Shown piece by piece: positions 8,757-16,350 of a stretch of 32,000 bases of DNA (position 1 is the first letter of the stretch; each line of letters opens with the position of its first letter). Below the pieces are notes generated by a model. That model searched no databases, was not told the DNA's origin, and saw nothing but the letters and a program-made list of their open reading frames with translations. The translations under genes and the position numbers were made by a program. The DNA comes from Candidatus Iainarchaeum sp. GTDB lineage: Archaea; Iainarchaeota; Iainarchaeia; Iainarchaeales; 0-14-0-20-30-16. The stretch is from the NCBI GenBank assembly GCA_028710695.1, contig JAQTTP010000006.1, positions 22,635 through 54,634 on the forward strand. Reading direction: 5' to 3'.

Positions 8757-9836
8757 TTATTTTTTGTCTGATTCTTTTTTCTCTTCCTTCTTTTTTGGTG
8801 GCTCCAAATCCAAATTTAGATTTAGATCTAAATCGCCTAAATCATTATCAGAAATCTTTTTGTCTAAATTAAAATTAGGTAAATCCATGTTTAGATCAAA
8901 TGGGTTTGTTTCTTCTTTCTTTTCTTCCTTTTTAGTGTCCTTTTCTGCTGGCTTGTCTTCTCCAGTGCCTTGTATTTTCTTGATTTCTTCATCTCTTGTA
9001 AGCTGAGTAAAAATATTATCTACAATTTGGTTTATTTCTCCTCTTTGGTTTGGCTCTCTGTTGTGTCTATCTCTGAACCGTTCTACTTCGACTTCTGTTA
9101 TTTTTTCGATTTCTTCCTTTGGCTTATTCAAATCAGTTTTCTCTTTTACTTGGCTGTAAATTACATCTATAATATTATCACGTAATTCTCTTGGAGTTTC
9201 TAGTTCTTCATCAGTATTTGGTTTGCCTTTTAATTCTTTAAGCCTTTCTCTGTAATGCCTTGAGCTTGGATCTGTTTCAGTGGCTTGGCTTTGTTCTTTG
9301 TCTTGGGGTTCACCAGGCCTATAAAATCTTCGTAATCTTCTTGGTATTTCAGAAACATCTTTATCTTTGTAGTTTTGTGGATTTTCGATAACTTTATCTG
9401 GTTCTACAGTCTTTTTTTCTTCCTGTTCGGCAAGTTTTATATTTTCTTCTTGTAATTTGCTTAATTCCTCTCCCAAATTTTCTTCAGGAGGCGCAAGCTG
9501 TATCGAGTTTTTTAATTGGCTCATAAGTTTGTCAACTTCACTAAAACTAGAATCTACTGTTGGTTCTGGGGCTTTAGTGGGTGCCAAATCCTTGCTAGTA
9601 AGAGTCAAATCCTTTCCTGATTCTTCTTTGTTTTGGTTTACTTTGTCCTTTGATTTAGATTCATTTTTTATTTCTTGTTTTTTTCCGCCTTTGCCATATA
9701 GCTCATCTATAACATCTCTTGCGATTTTTCTGGAATAACCTTCTGCCATAACCGCCTGAATGACTTCGTCTGTAGAATAGATGTTTTTGTAAGTTTGTAG
9801 AAGCTTAACTAAATTCTCAACTTCCTTTGAAGCCAT
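8757..9836 (-). CDS. Acidic, E/K-rich, largely disordered protein with a UBA-like N-terminal helical module and a C-terminal D-L-N repeat tail
   Basis: N-terminus: MASKEVENLVKLLQTYKNIYSTDEVIQAVMAEGYSRKIARDVIDELYG (three-helix pattern with an xEGY loop, as in UBA-type domains). About 280 aa of charged low-complexity sequence follows. The tail is FDLNMDLPNFNLDKK...LGDLDLNLNLDLEPPKKKEEKKESDKK. A TATA-like CTATATATAAATAA sits at 9852-9865 just upstream. Confidence 0.7.
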   Translation of the reverse strand: MASKEVENLVKLLQTYKNIYSTDEVIQAVMAEGYSRKIARDVIDELYGKGGKKQEIKNESKSKDKVNQNKEESGKDLTLTSKDLAPTKAPEPTVDSSFSEVDKLMSQLKNSIQLAPPEENLGEELSKLQEENIKLAEQEEKKTVEPDKVIENPQNYKDKDVSEIPRRLRRFYRPGEPQDKEQSQATETDPSSRHYRERLKELKGKPNTDEELETPRELRDNIIDVIYSQVKEKTDLNKPKEEIEKITEVEVERFRDRHNREPNQRGEINQIVDNIFTQLTRDEEIKKIQGTGEDKPAEKDTKKEEKKEETNPFDLNMDLPNFNLDKKISDNDLGDLDLNLNLDLEPPKKKEEKKESDKK

Positions 9837-9851
9837 AACAACACCTGCGAA

Positions 9852-9886
9852 CTATATATAAATAATAGTTAACTATTTAAAGAATA
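9852..9886. promoter_or_regulatory. Divergent promoter region (two TATA-like boxes)
   Basis: The 64-73 nt divergent gap holds CTATATATAAATAA (9852-9865, serving the minus gene starting at 9836) and ACTATTTAAAGAATA (9872-9886, serving the plus gene at 9901/9910). Confidence 0.4.
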
Positions 9887-9909
9887 TTTGTGTTTTTATA
9901 TTGATATAT

Positions 9910-10404
9910 ATGGAAATTACTTTTATAGGCATTCTGTACTCAATTTTGTACTGGGCTTGTTTTTCCGCCGTATTATTTTTTTTAATACTGCTTTTTGGGC
10001 ATTTTTATAAGGCTTTTGACGAAAAGTTGAAAATAAAAGATATTTTCAAGTATTTTTTGTTTACCTTGATCATATCCTACATAGTTTTGATATTGGCTTA
10101 TTTCCTTCCTGCGGCATTTGGGGTAAAACTTGAGTTTATTGCATTTTATACTACTTGGTACATGTACCTGTATGTTGTAATTGTAATTTTGCTGAAGCTT
10201 TTGCTTTATGCATTGGTACTATCAGTAATTCTTCAACCAGTAATTTTACTTGGGATTTTCCTTTATAGATACTTTGTTGAAAAAAATTCTAACGAGTTAT
10301 TGTCAAAATTTTATGTTTCAGTGATAATATCATTTGTGATTAGTTTGATATTGTATATCTTCCCTTGGATTCTGGGCGGAATGATTGCAATGGTGTATTT
10401 TTAG
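9910..10404 (+). CDS. Small polytopic membrane protein (about 5 TM), unknown function
   Basis: Almost entirely hydrophobic helices (ILYSILYWACFSAVLFFLILLF, FLFTLIISYIVLILAYFL, YMYLYVVIVILLKLLLYALVLSVIL, VISFVISLILYIFPWILGGMIAMVYF). Its TAG stop (10402-10404) overlaps the GGTGAT RBS of the next gene. TTG 9901 is an alternative start. Confidence 0.65.
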   Translation: MEITFIGILYSILYWACFSAVLFFLILLFGHFYKAFDEKLKIKDIFKYFLFTLIISYIVLILAYFLPAAFGVKLEFIAFYTTWYMYLYVVIVILLKLLLYALVLSVILQPVILLGIFLYRYFVEKNSNELLSKFYVSVIISFVISLILYIFPWILGGMIAMVYF

Positions 10405-10412
10405 GTGATTTG

Positions 10413-13400
10413 ATGGACTACAAACAAATATTCATGTACTTTGTTATTTTGAATATCTTTTTTTCTGCAATTGCTTTCTCTTATGTTCCGCCATCAGATT
10501 ATATGGGGCAGAACTCTTGTAAAACTGAAAGGCTAAGCCCTGAGGAAATAAATATTCTATGGGATGAATATTTGAGAACTGGCTTTACCCCAAATCAAAT
10601 AATTTCGGGGACTCCTGAAGAATTAAAAAATTCTGAAAAAACAGTTGAAAAAAAAGATTTTAATAAAGATGCGACTTTTACATCTATAGTTGATGATAAA
10701 GCAATAACTGCAGATGTGAGGACAGATCAAAAAATCCCTTATAACTCCTATATATTTAACAAAGTTATTGATGGAGACTATGCTTATGGTGTATTCCTAA
10801 ATGATTCTTTGAGAATTGGGCGATGTAAAGATGGTACAATTGGTTGTGCAGTTACTTCTGATAATAATGGGCTATATCTTAGAAATTCAGATGGCGCAAT
10901 TAAAACTTTTACTGAAGGTGTAAAATCTTTTTTTACAGGGGATGAAATAAAACAAAAAGACGCATATGGTGCCGGAGTAGTTAATCAAGAAGAAATAAAA
11001 GATAAAGTGGATTTAAGTCAAGCAGATGCTCAACAAGATATTAATGTTGTGAAATTTACTCACGAGCTTCAAGAAAAGCCAATGAGCAGTTTTTTAGTTG
11101 ATGATTTTTCATCAGAATTTATGATGCTGTGTAATAATCAAGATTCGGACAGCAGATGTAGAGTTTTGTTGTATTCTTTTTTTGATAAAAGATATAATGC
11201 CTATTATTCAGGCAGTCTAATATCTATTGCTGGTGGCCCAATTGCTTGGGGTGCAGTAAGCAAAGTATTTGGTGGTTTTGCATCATTCAAATATGGTGCG
11301 ATGGTAACAAAAGCAGTAAAAAAAGTTACAGATCCAGCAAAGCAATTATTGAAAGATACCTGGTATAAATTAATTGCAAAAGATTTCGGATATTTTTCAA
11401 AAAATGTAGGGGACACAGTGCTTAAAGCAACACAAAAAGGAGGCATTGGTGGTAGCCTGAAAGTTTTAGGGGATAATGCTTATGAAATTGTTCCTGCTAA
11501 ACTTGTTGCAGCAATTCAAAAAGATATGGTTCCAGGTTTGACTACTGCCCAAGCAAAGGAAGCCATTGGGGATGTAGTAGTTGCAAGAGCATCAGCAGCA
11601 GATTATGGACGAGGATTTTTAGAATCTGTCTCTGGAGAGTCTGATGTTTTTATTAAAAGAGCAGCTGCTATTGAGGCGGCAGATAAAGCACCAGTATTGC
11701 TTGGTGCACAAATGAATGATACTTTTTTGAATGAAAATTTTGCAGGATGGGTTGTAGATACTGCGGGTGGATCTGTTGCAGCAATGAAACCAATAACAAA
11801 ATTTGATATTGCCCCAAAATTTTTAAAGGGAGAAATAGATCCAAGCAAAATTTATAAACTTGCGGCAGGTGGAACAGCAGCAGAAGGTGTTGCACTTTCA
11901 GATTTAAAGAACTTTTTGAAAAGTAATCCTTCAGAAGAATACCTTGTTGAAATTGCTGGGACTTCAGTTCCCCTAAATGCCTCAACTGTAGATGCAGTAA
12001 AAGATGCGGCAGCAAAAGAGGGTATTGGAAGCCTTAGTATACTCACCGCAAGCAGGACCCCCATCGATTTTGGTAAATTTGGCGGCTATGAAGGGTTTAA
12101 ACAGAAATTTGCAAAAGACTACTATGATTTTGTAAAATACAAATACACTACTGCTGCAAATAATTATGATACAATTATGAACACTTTGCAAGGCGCAAAA
12201 GCAATGCCTACAAGAAATGCAAATGCAATGAACTTCTTTATGAAATTGTGGGCTGGGAAAGGAAGTGCAATTGGTGGCCTTGTAAGGCTTGAAGCTATTC
12301 CAACAATGTATTGGATGGCAAAAACAGGAGAGTTTGGAGATACTTTTAAAGCATATATGATTAAAGAGCAAGATCTGACAACAATAAAAACATACACTGG
12401 CGCAGATAGCTTGTATAACAGTGCATATATGGATATTTTTTCTAGAGAAGGAAGCAATAATGGAGATATGTTTTCTAAAGTTATTGACTATATAGTGTTT
12501 ATTGACAACATTGGATTATTGTCTAATGAAATGGAACAAAGCATAAAGTCTTTCTTTAGTCACCAGTTTAGAGACGAGCCCGAAGATTTAGTATTTTATA
12601 ATGAAGCACTAAAATGTGGTAAAGGTGCTTGTACTATATCTCTAAATAAACAAGCAGCAAAAGAAAAAATAGAAAACACAGATGTTGTTTCAGGAAAAGA
12701 TGTTGATATAATAAATGATAAAATACATGTGAACACTCAATCATTGCAAGGAACAAAAAATTATGTTGTTGAATTCCCAGACCCAGTTCCATCTGATGAC
12801 CCAGACCCAGGATATACTTTGAGTGCATTCGTGCATAGAATGAATATTGTTGGAAAAGATGGTGAAATAAATTTGGCATCAGCACTAGCACAAAAAGAAG
12901 ATTGTGTAAGTAAAGCAAAAGGCCTAACTATTGTTGGTATTCCATTTGGTAGCATGTTTGCATCTGATGTTGATCCATCTAAATTTGCAATACCTTTGGG
13001 AATAGTTGATAACTCAATTGGTTTAGCTCTTACTGGAATTCCTGGATTGGCATTGAGTGTAGTATCGTCTATACTAATAATGGAACAAGTTCAAGAACAA
13101 GTTGGAAATTGTGTAGATATTGTTGATGGATACTATGTTACTGACTCACTGATTCCTTACCAAGACATGAATGATTCTTTAATGTCTAAGATTGGCGGTG
13201 TGGCATCTAAAGGAGAAAAAGAAACAGAGAAATCTCTTCTGGAAGGAACACCTCTTGATAAAATCGCAACTACAATAAAAGACCAATTTAATAAAATAAT
13301 AAGCAATAAAACACATGAAGCAATACAGATAAATGTTGAAACAAAAGGAAAAACTAATGGATCTGTTTATGCGGAAGATATCTTCCTGATTTGGGAAGGT

Positions 13401-14747
13401 GGAAATGCAAGTCAGATAAATCTAAAGTATGATGATAAATCGTACACAACTTTAAAAGATAAAGACGGGAAAACAGCAATAATAGATAATGAGAAAGGGA
13501 TTTTTGAAATAAATGGAAAGCAAATTAATAATCCGGATCTTGTAAGATTAATGAAAAGAAATAATAGGGGCCCGTTCTATAGTATGCCTGTTGCAGTAAC
13601 TGTATTTTCAGCAAACAGTGTTGGAAATATGTTTGAAGCACACACAAATGGTGATTTTTTAGTAAAGGATCCAAGCATACTTGATTGTATTAGAGCTGGA
13701 GTGTTTGAGCAAACTGGAATGACTATGATGGGCAACTCTTTGTATGAACATATGGGCCCAGTTACAGAAATCTTGGTTGAATCTGGAACAATAATTAGAC
13801 CAAGTTTGTATGGTTCTGAAAACCAATTCTCAATGGAAGGAACAACTATTGGAAGAATTCCTATGCCTAATTCAACACTTACTGTTAAAGGTGATAGAAC
13901 TGTAGTAATTAAGAACGCACAAAAGTCTTACGAATTAGATGGTGTTGTTGGTATTGCCTTTGAAAAAGGATCAATTGTTTACAAAGCGCAAACAAATGAA
14001 TTTATTATGTGGATAGAAAACATGGCACAAATTGATGGAAAATATATTTCTAATTTGATGTCAAATCACAACCCCCAAATAAATGAAGAAACTGGTTGTG
14101 AAGAAGATGCATTTGATTTGAAATTAGCTCCAATTCCCGGAGATGTAACTGCGGAAGAAGAAGTTGGAAAGATGAATATTGCTTTAGAAAAAGCAGGCCC
14201 ATTCCAATACTTCCAGACTCCAAAATATAATATAATTTTCTATTCAAAAATGGAAAGTGGGGTTTGTAAAAAATATATGAAAGTTGTAGACAGAGAAACT
14301 GGAAGAGTAATAAGTGATGCAGAAGTAACAAGCGTTACAAAAACTCCAGATGGTTATAAAGTTACAACTGCGGATGGAAAAACACATGATATCGGATTTG
14401 AAGTTGCAAATGGGAAGCCGATATTGTCTTATAATGGAGACAAGCAGCCTTTGCTAATTGCACAAGGAAAAGATGGTGCATTCTATTACGATCCAAGTAC
14501 AGGAAAATGGTATGTTGATAATGCACAAGTATTGCCAATAGATGATGACTTTAAGTTACATGGGTCTGCAACACAAGGAAATAATACATATCCGTCTGAT
14601 AACCCAATAAGTGGGGCTTTAAGTCCATCAGATAGTTCAAAATCAAGTTGGGATATTCCATTAACTGGAAGTCTATTAGCTTCAGGATTAGTAATGTTAG
14701 TAAGTAGTATGTTTGTATATTTGTACTTTAAGAGGGAGGATGAGTAA
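10413..14747 (+). CDS. Orphan 1,444-aa secreted/membrane protein with an N-terminal signal peptide and a C-terminal IPLTG-TM-KREDE sorting-signal-like anchor
   Basis: ATG 10413 is preceded by AGGTGAT (10403-10409), and the ORF-track start at 10365 overlaps the upstream gene. The signal peptide is MDYKQIFMYFVILNIFFSAIAFS. Internal Gly/Ala-rich hydrophobic segments include LISIAGGPIAWGAVSKVFGGFA and IGLALTGIPGLALSVVSSILIM. The Ser-rich stalk SGALSPSDSSKSS is followed by WDIPLTG-SLLASGLVMLVSSMFVYLYF-KREDE. I recognise no enzymatic motif. Confidence 0.8.
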   Translation: MDYKQIFMYFVILNIFFSAIAFSYVPPSDYMGQNSCKTERLSPEEINILWDEYLRTGFTPNQIISGTPEELKNSEKTVEKKDFNKDATFTSIVDDKAITADVRTDQKIPYNSYIFNKVIDGDYAYGVFLNDSLRIGRCKDGTIGCAVTSDNNGLYLRNSDGAIKTFTEGVKSFFTGDEIKQKDAYGAGVVNQEEIKDKVDLSQADAQQDINVVKFTHELQEKPMSSFLVDDFSSEFMMLCNNQDSDSRCRVLLYSFFDKRYNAYYSGSLISIAGGPIAWGAVSKVFGGFASFKYGAMVTKAVKKVTDPAKQLLKDTWYKLIAKDFGYFSKNVGDTVLKATQKGGIGGSLKVLGDNAYEIVPAKLVAAIQKDMVPGLTTAQAKEAIGDVVVARASAADYGRGFLESVSGESDVFIKRAAAIEAADKAPVLLGAQMNDTFLNENFAGWVVDTAGGSVAAMKPITKFDIAPKFLKGEIDPSKIYKLAAGGTAAEGVALSDLKNFLKSNPSEEYLVEIAGTSVPLNASTVDAVKDAAAKEGIGSLSILTASRTPIDFGKFGGYEGFKQKFAKDYYDFVKYKYTTAANNYDTIMNTLQGAKAMPTRNANAMNFFMKLWAGKGSAIGGLVRLEAIPTMYWMAKTGEFGDTFKAYMIKEQDLTTIKTYTGADSLYNSAYMDIFSREGSNNGDMFSKVIDYIVFIDNIGLLSNEMEQSIKSFFSHQFRDEPEDLVFYNEALKCGKGACTISLNKQAAKEKIENTDVVSGKDVDIINDKIHVNTQSLQGTKNYVVEFPDPVPSDDPDPGYTLSAFVHRMNIVGKDGEINLASALAQKEDCVSKAKGLTIVGIPFGSMFASDVDPSKFAIPLGIVDNSIGLALTGIPGLALSVVSSILIMEQVQEQVGNCVDIVDGYYVTDSLIPYQDMNDSLMSKIGGVASKGEKETEKSLLEGTPLDKIATTIKDQFNKIISNKTHEAIQINVETKGKTNGSVYAEDIFLIWEGGNASQINLKYDDKSYTTLKDKDGKTAIIDNEKGIFEINGKQINNPDLVRLMKRNNRGPFYSMPVAVTVFSANSVGNMFEAHTNGDFLVKDPSILDCIRAGVFEQTGMTMMGNSLYEHMGPVTEILVESGTIIRPSLYGSENQFSMEGTTIGRIPMPNSTLTVKGDRTVVIKNAQKSYELDGVVGIAFEKGSIVYKAQTNEFIMWIENMAQIDGKYISNLMSNHNPQINEETGCEEDAFDLKLAPIPGDVTAEEEVGKMNIALEKAGPFQYFQTPKYNIIFYSKMESGVCKKYMKVVDRETGRVISDAEVTSVTKTPDGYKVTTADGKTHDIGFEVANGKPILSYNGDKQPLLIAQGKDGAFYYDPSTGKWYVDNAQVLPIDDDFKLHGSATQGNNTYPSDNPISGALSPSDSSKSSWDIPLTGSLLASGLVMLVSSMFVYLYFKREDE
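14655..14744 (+). other. C-terminal tripartite sorting-signal-like segment (IPLTG motif, 20-aa hydrophobic helix, charged tail)
   Basis: Codons att cca tta act gga (14655-14669) give IPLTG. They are followed by SLLASGLVMLVSSMFVYLYF and KREDE-stop. Confidence 0.55.
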
Positions 14748-14748
14748 A

Positions 14749-14874
14749 ATGGCAGTAGTTAGAAAACCTTTACCAAAAGCACCTGGTTTTGCAATAAAGA
14801 AAACAATAACTGGTCCAAGAGGAACTGGTAGAAAAGGCAATGTTATTCAATTAGCAAAAGCAAAAAGAAGATAA
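14749..14874 (+). CDS. 41-aa highly basic peptide, translationally coupled to the giant gene
   Basis: Manual translation: MAVVRKPLPKAPGFAIKKTITGPRGTGRKGNVIQLAKAKRR*. The ATG lies 1 nt after the upstream TAA, with GGAGGATGA at 14735-14743 acting as a Shine-Dalgarno inside the upstream gene's end. It is below the ORF-track cutoff. Confidence 0.45.
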   Translation: MAVVRKPLPKAPGFAIKKTITGPRGTGRKGNVIQLAKAKRR

Positions 14875-14910
14875 GTCATAAAAAAGGACTTATTCTTCTT
14901 CTTTTTTATT
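14873..14910 (+). terminator. Short hairpin plus T-tract between convergent genes
   Basis: AAGTC-(9 nt)-GACTT (14873-14891), then ttcttcttcttttttatt. Confidence 0.4.
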
Positions 14911-14927
14911 TGTCTATTAAAAAATAC

Positions 14928-15617
14928 CTAAATTATATTGTGTCCTGCATACTCTTTTTCTTTCATATCCTTTAATTGAGTATTTACTATTCCACTTAGT
15001 TTCTTTGATTCCGCAAGCAATGGCTTGTTGTCTATGTTTAAATTGTACATTTTATTTAGAAGCCCAATTGCTTTTGCAGCTGCATCGTAATTTTTTGTTT
15101 GCAAAAACGGAACTAAAATTAGAAAGATTGGATAATCTTTTTCAAGAATAAAGAATTGTGCACCAATTCCTGCTGTGATTCCTTCTTTTATTTTTTGAAT
15201 ATTGTATTTTTCTAAATAAGTTAAATTCTTTTTGTTGTTTGCAACTCCTAAAATTGTTTCATTATTGTCTATTATTCCACCAATTGAAAGTATTCTGTCC
15301 ATTTTTGATTTCTTTGCCCAATGTAGGACAATATTACAATAGCTTTTCAAATCCTCTTTTTGAATTATTTGGTCAGAAATTATACAAATAAGTTTGTGCT
15401 TGTGGGAAACATAAGCCCTTATTGGGTGCTGTGGAATCCCGTTCTCAATTTTTACTATTGGTGTTGTATTGTCGTGTTCGAAATGGCCTAGATAGTCCAT
15501 TTTTAGGTTTTCAATTAAGTATTTTGTAGTAATAGAACTAATTAAATCTGCAGAAGGAAACCCCTCTATTAGAGTGTAACCCTTGTAATTTTTGTTAGAC
15601 TTAAAGAATAGACCCAT
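14928..15617 (-). CDS. PAC2-family proteasome assembly chaperone-like protein
   Basis: The N-terminal pattern YTLIEGFPSADLISSITTKYLIENLKMDYLGHFE....PIVKIENG....PIRAY matches the remembered PAC2/COG1938 pattern (xLIEGxPGxGxVGxxAxxYLIxxL...). There is no C-terminal HbYX motif (it ends ...AGHNII). Confidence 0.6.
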   Translation of the reverse strand: MGLFFKSNKNYKGYTLIEGFPSADLISSITTKYLIENLKMDYLGHFEHDNTTPIVKIENGIPQHPIRAYVSHKHKLICIISDQIIQKEDLKSYCNIVLHWAKKSKMDRILSIGGIIDNNETILGVANNKKNLTYLEKYNIQKIKEGITAGIGAQFFILEKDYPIFLILVPFLQTKNYDAAAKAIGLLNKMYNLNIDNKPLLAESKKLSGIVNTQLKDMKEKEYAGHNII

Positions 15618-15640
15618 AGCAATTCACCATTAGTTTTACG

Positions 15641-15705
15641 ATAGATTATAGCAATTACCTATATAAATATATTCCTATAAATAGGATATATAATAACTAT
15701 TTATG
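15641..15705. promoter_or_regulatory. Divergent A/T-rich promoter region
   Basis: CCTATATAAATATATT (15658-15673) and ACTATTTATG (15696-15705, 28 nt before the rpl15e ATG) lie in the 106-nt divergent gap. Confidence 0.4.
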
Positions 15706-15723
15706 AATTAAGAGTGTGATAGC

Positions 15724-16323
15724 ATGTCATTTGCAAAACAATTCAAGAAAGTGTCAGTTAAGATAAGAAAAAAGGATAAAGATGCAGATTATGATTACAA
15801 AAAGTTGTATTCTGATAAGATGATTGCTTTAAGAAAGAAAAAAGCAAGCGTTGTTAAATTGGCTAAACCAACAAACCCAGTAAGAGCAAGAGAACTTGGC
15901 TACAAGGCAAAACAAGGAGTAGTTGTGGCTATGGTAAAAATAAGAAAAGGAACTGGTGCCTTTTCAAGGGTAAATAAAGGAAGAAAGCCAAAGAGAACAG
16001 GATACTTAAAATTAACTAGGAAAGTTTCAATCCAGAAGATGGCTGAGCAAAGAGCAGGTACTAAGTTTAGTAACTGTGAAGTTTTGAATAGCTATTGGGT
16101 TGGAGAAGATGGTAAGGATAAGTACTACGAAGTTATTTTACTAGAAAGATCTCACCCTGTAATCTTAGCAGACAAGAACTATGTGGGCGTAGTTAACCAG
16201 AAGAGAAGAGTATTTAGAGGATTGACTTCTGCAGGAAAGAAAGGAAGAGGATTAGCAAACAAAGGAAAAGGAACTGAGAAGAATAGACCATCTATAAGAG
16301 CAAAAGGAAGAAAAGCAAAGTAA
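15724..16323 (+). CDS. rpl15e: 50S ribosomal protein L15e
   Basis: PTNPVRARELGYKAKQGVVVAMVKIRKG, RKPKR...LTRK, AEQRAGTKFSNCEVLNSYWVGEDGKDKYYEVILL are typical eL15 blocks. Confidence 0.93.
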   Translation: MSFAKQFKKVSVKIRKKDKDADYDYKKLYSDKMIALRKKKASVVKLAKPTNPVRARELGYKAKQGVVVAMVKIRKGTGAFSRVNKGRKPKRTGYLKLTRKVSIQKMAEQRAGTKFSNCEVLNSYWVGEDGKDKYYEVILLERSHPVILADKNYVGVVNQKRRVFRGLTSAGKKGRGLANKGKGTEKNRPSIRAKGRKAK

Positions 16324-16350
16324 AGCTTTTTCTTTTTTCTATTTTTTTAT

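Noticed and set aside
8819-8834. Perfect 16-bp palindrome GATTTAGATCTAAATC, centred on AGATCT.
   Set aside because: It lies inside the coding region and follows directly from the D-L-D-L-N-L-N-L peptide repeat on the minus strand (GAT/TTA/AAT/CTA codons). No independent evidence supports a protein-binding site.
8725-9738. Plus-strand ORFs 8725-9006, 8970-9185 and 9457-9738, plus 8182-8538 (minus).
   Set aside because: The first three are mirror images of the E/K-rich codons of the 8757-9836 gene, giving F/S/L-rich strings. 8182-8538 is antisense to pilin-like gene 4. None has start-site support.
12248-12275. WAGKGSAIGG in the giant protein, which resembles a P-loop.
   Set aside because: It does not fit GxxxxGK[ST] spacing, has no Walker B partner, and lies in a predicted extracytoplasmic or membrane region.
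11204-14331. Eight minus-strand ORFs of 64-129 aa inside the 1,444-aa gene.
   Set aside because: These are shadow ORFs on the antisense strand of a continuous 4.3-kb reading frame that has an RBS, a signal peptide and a C-terminal anchor.
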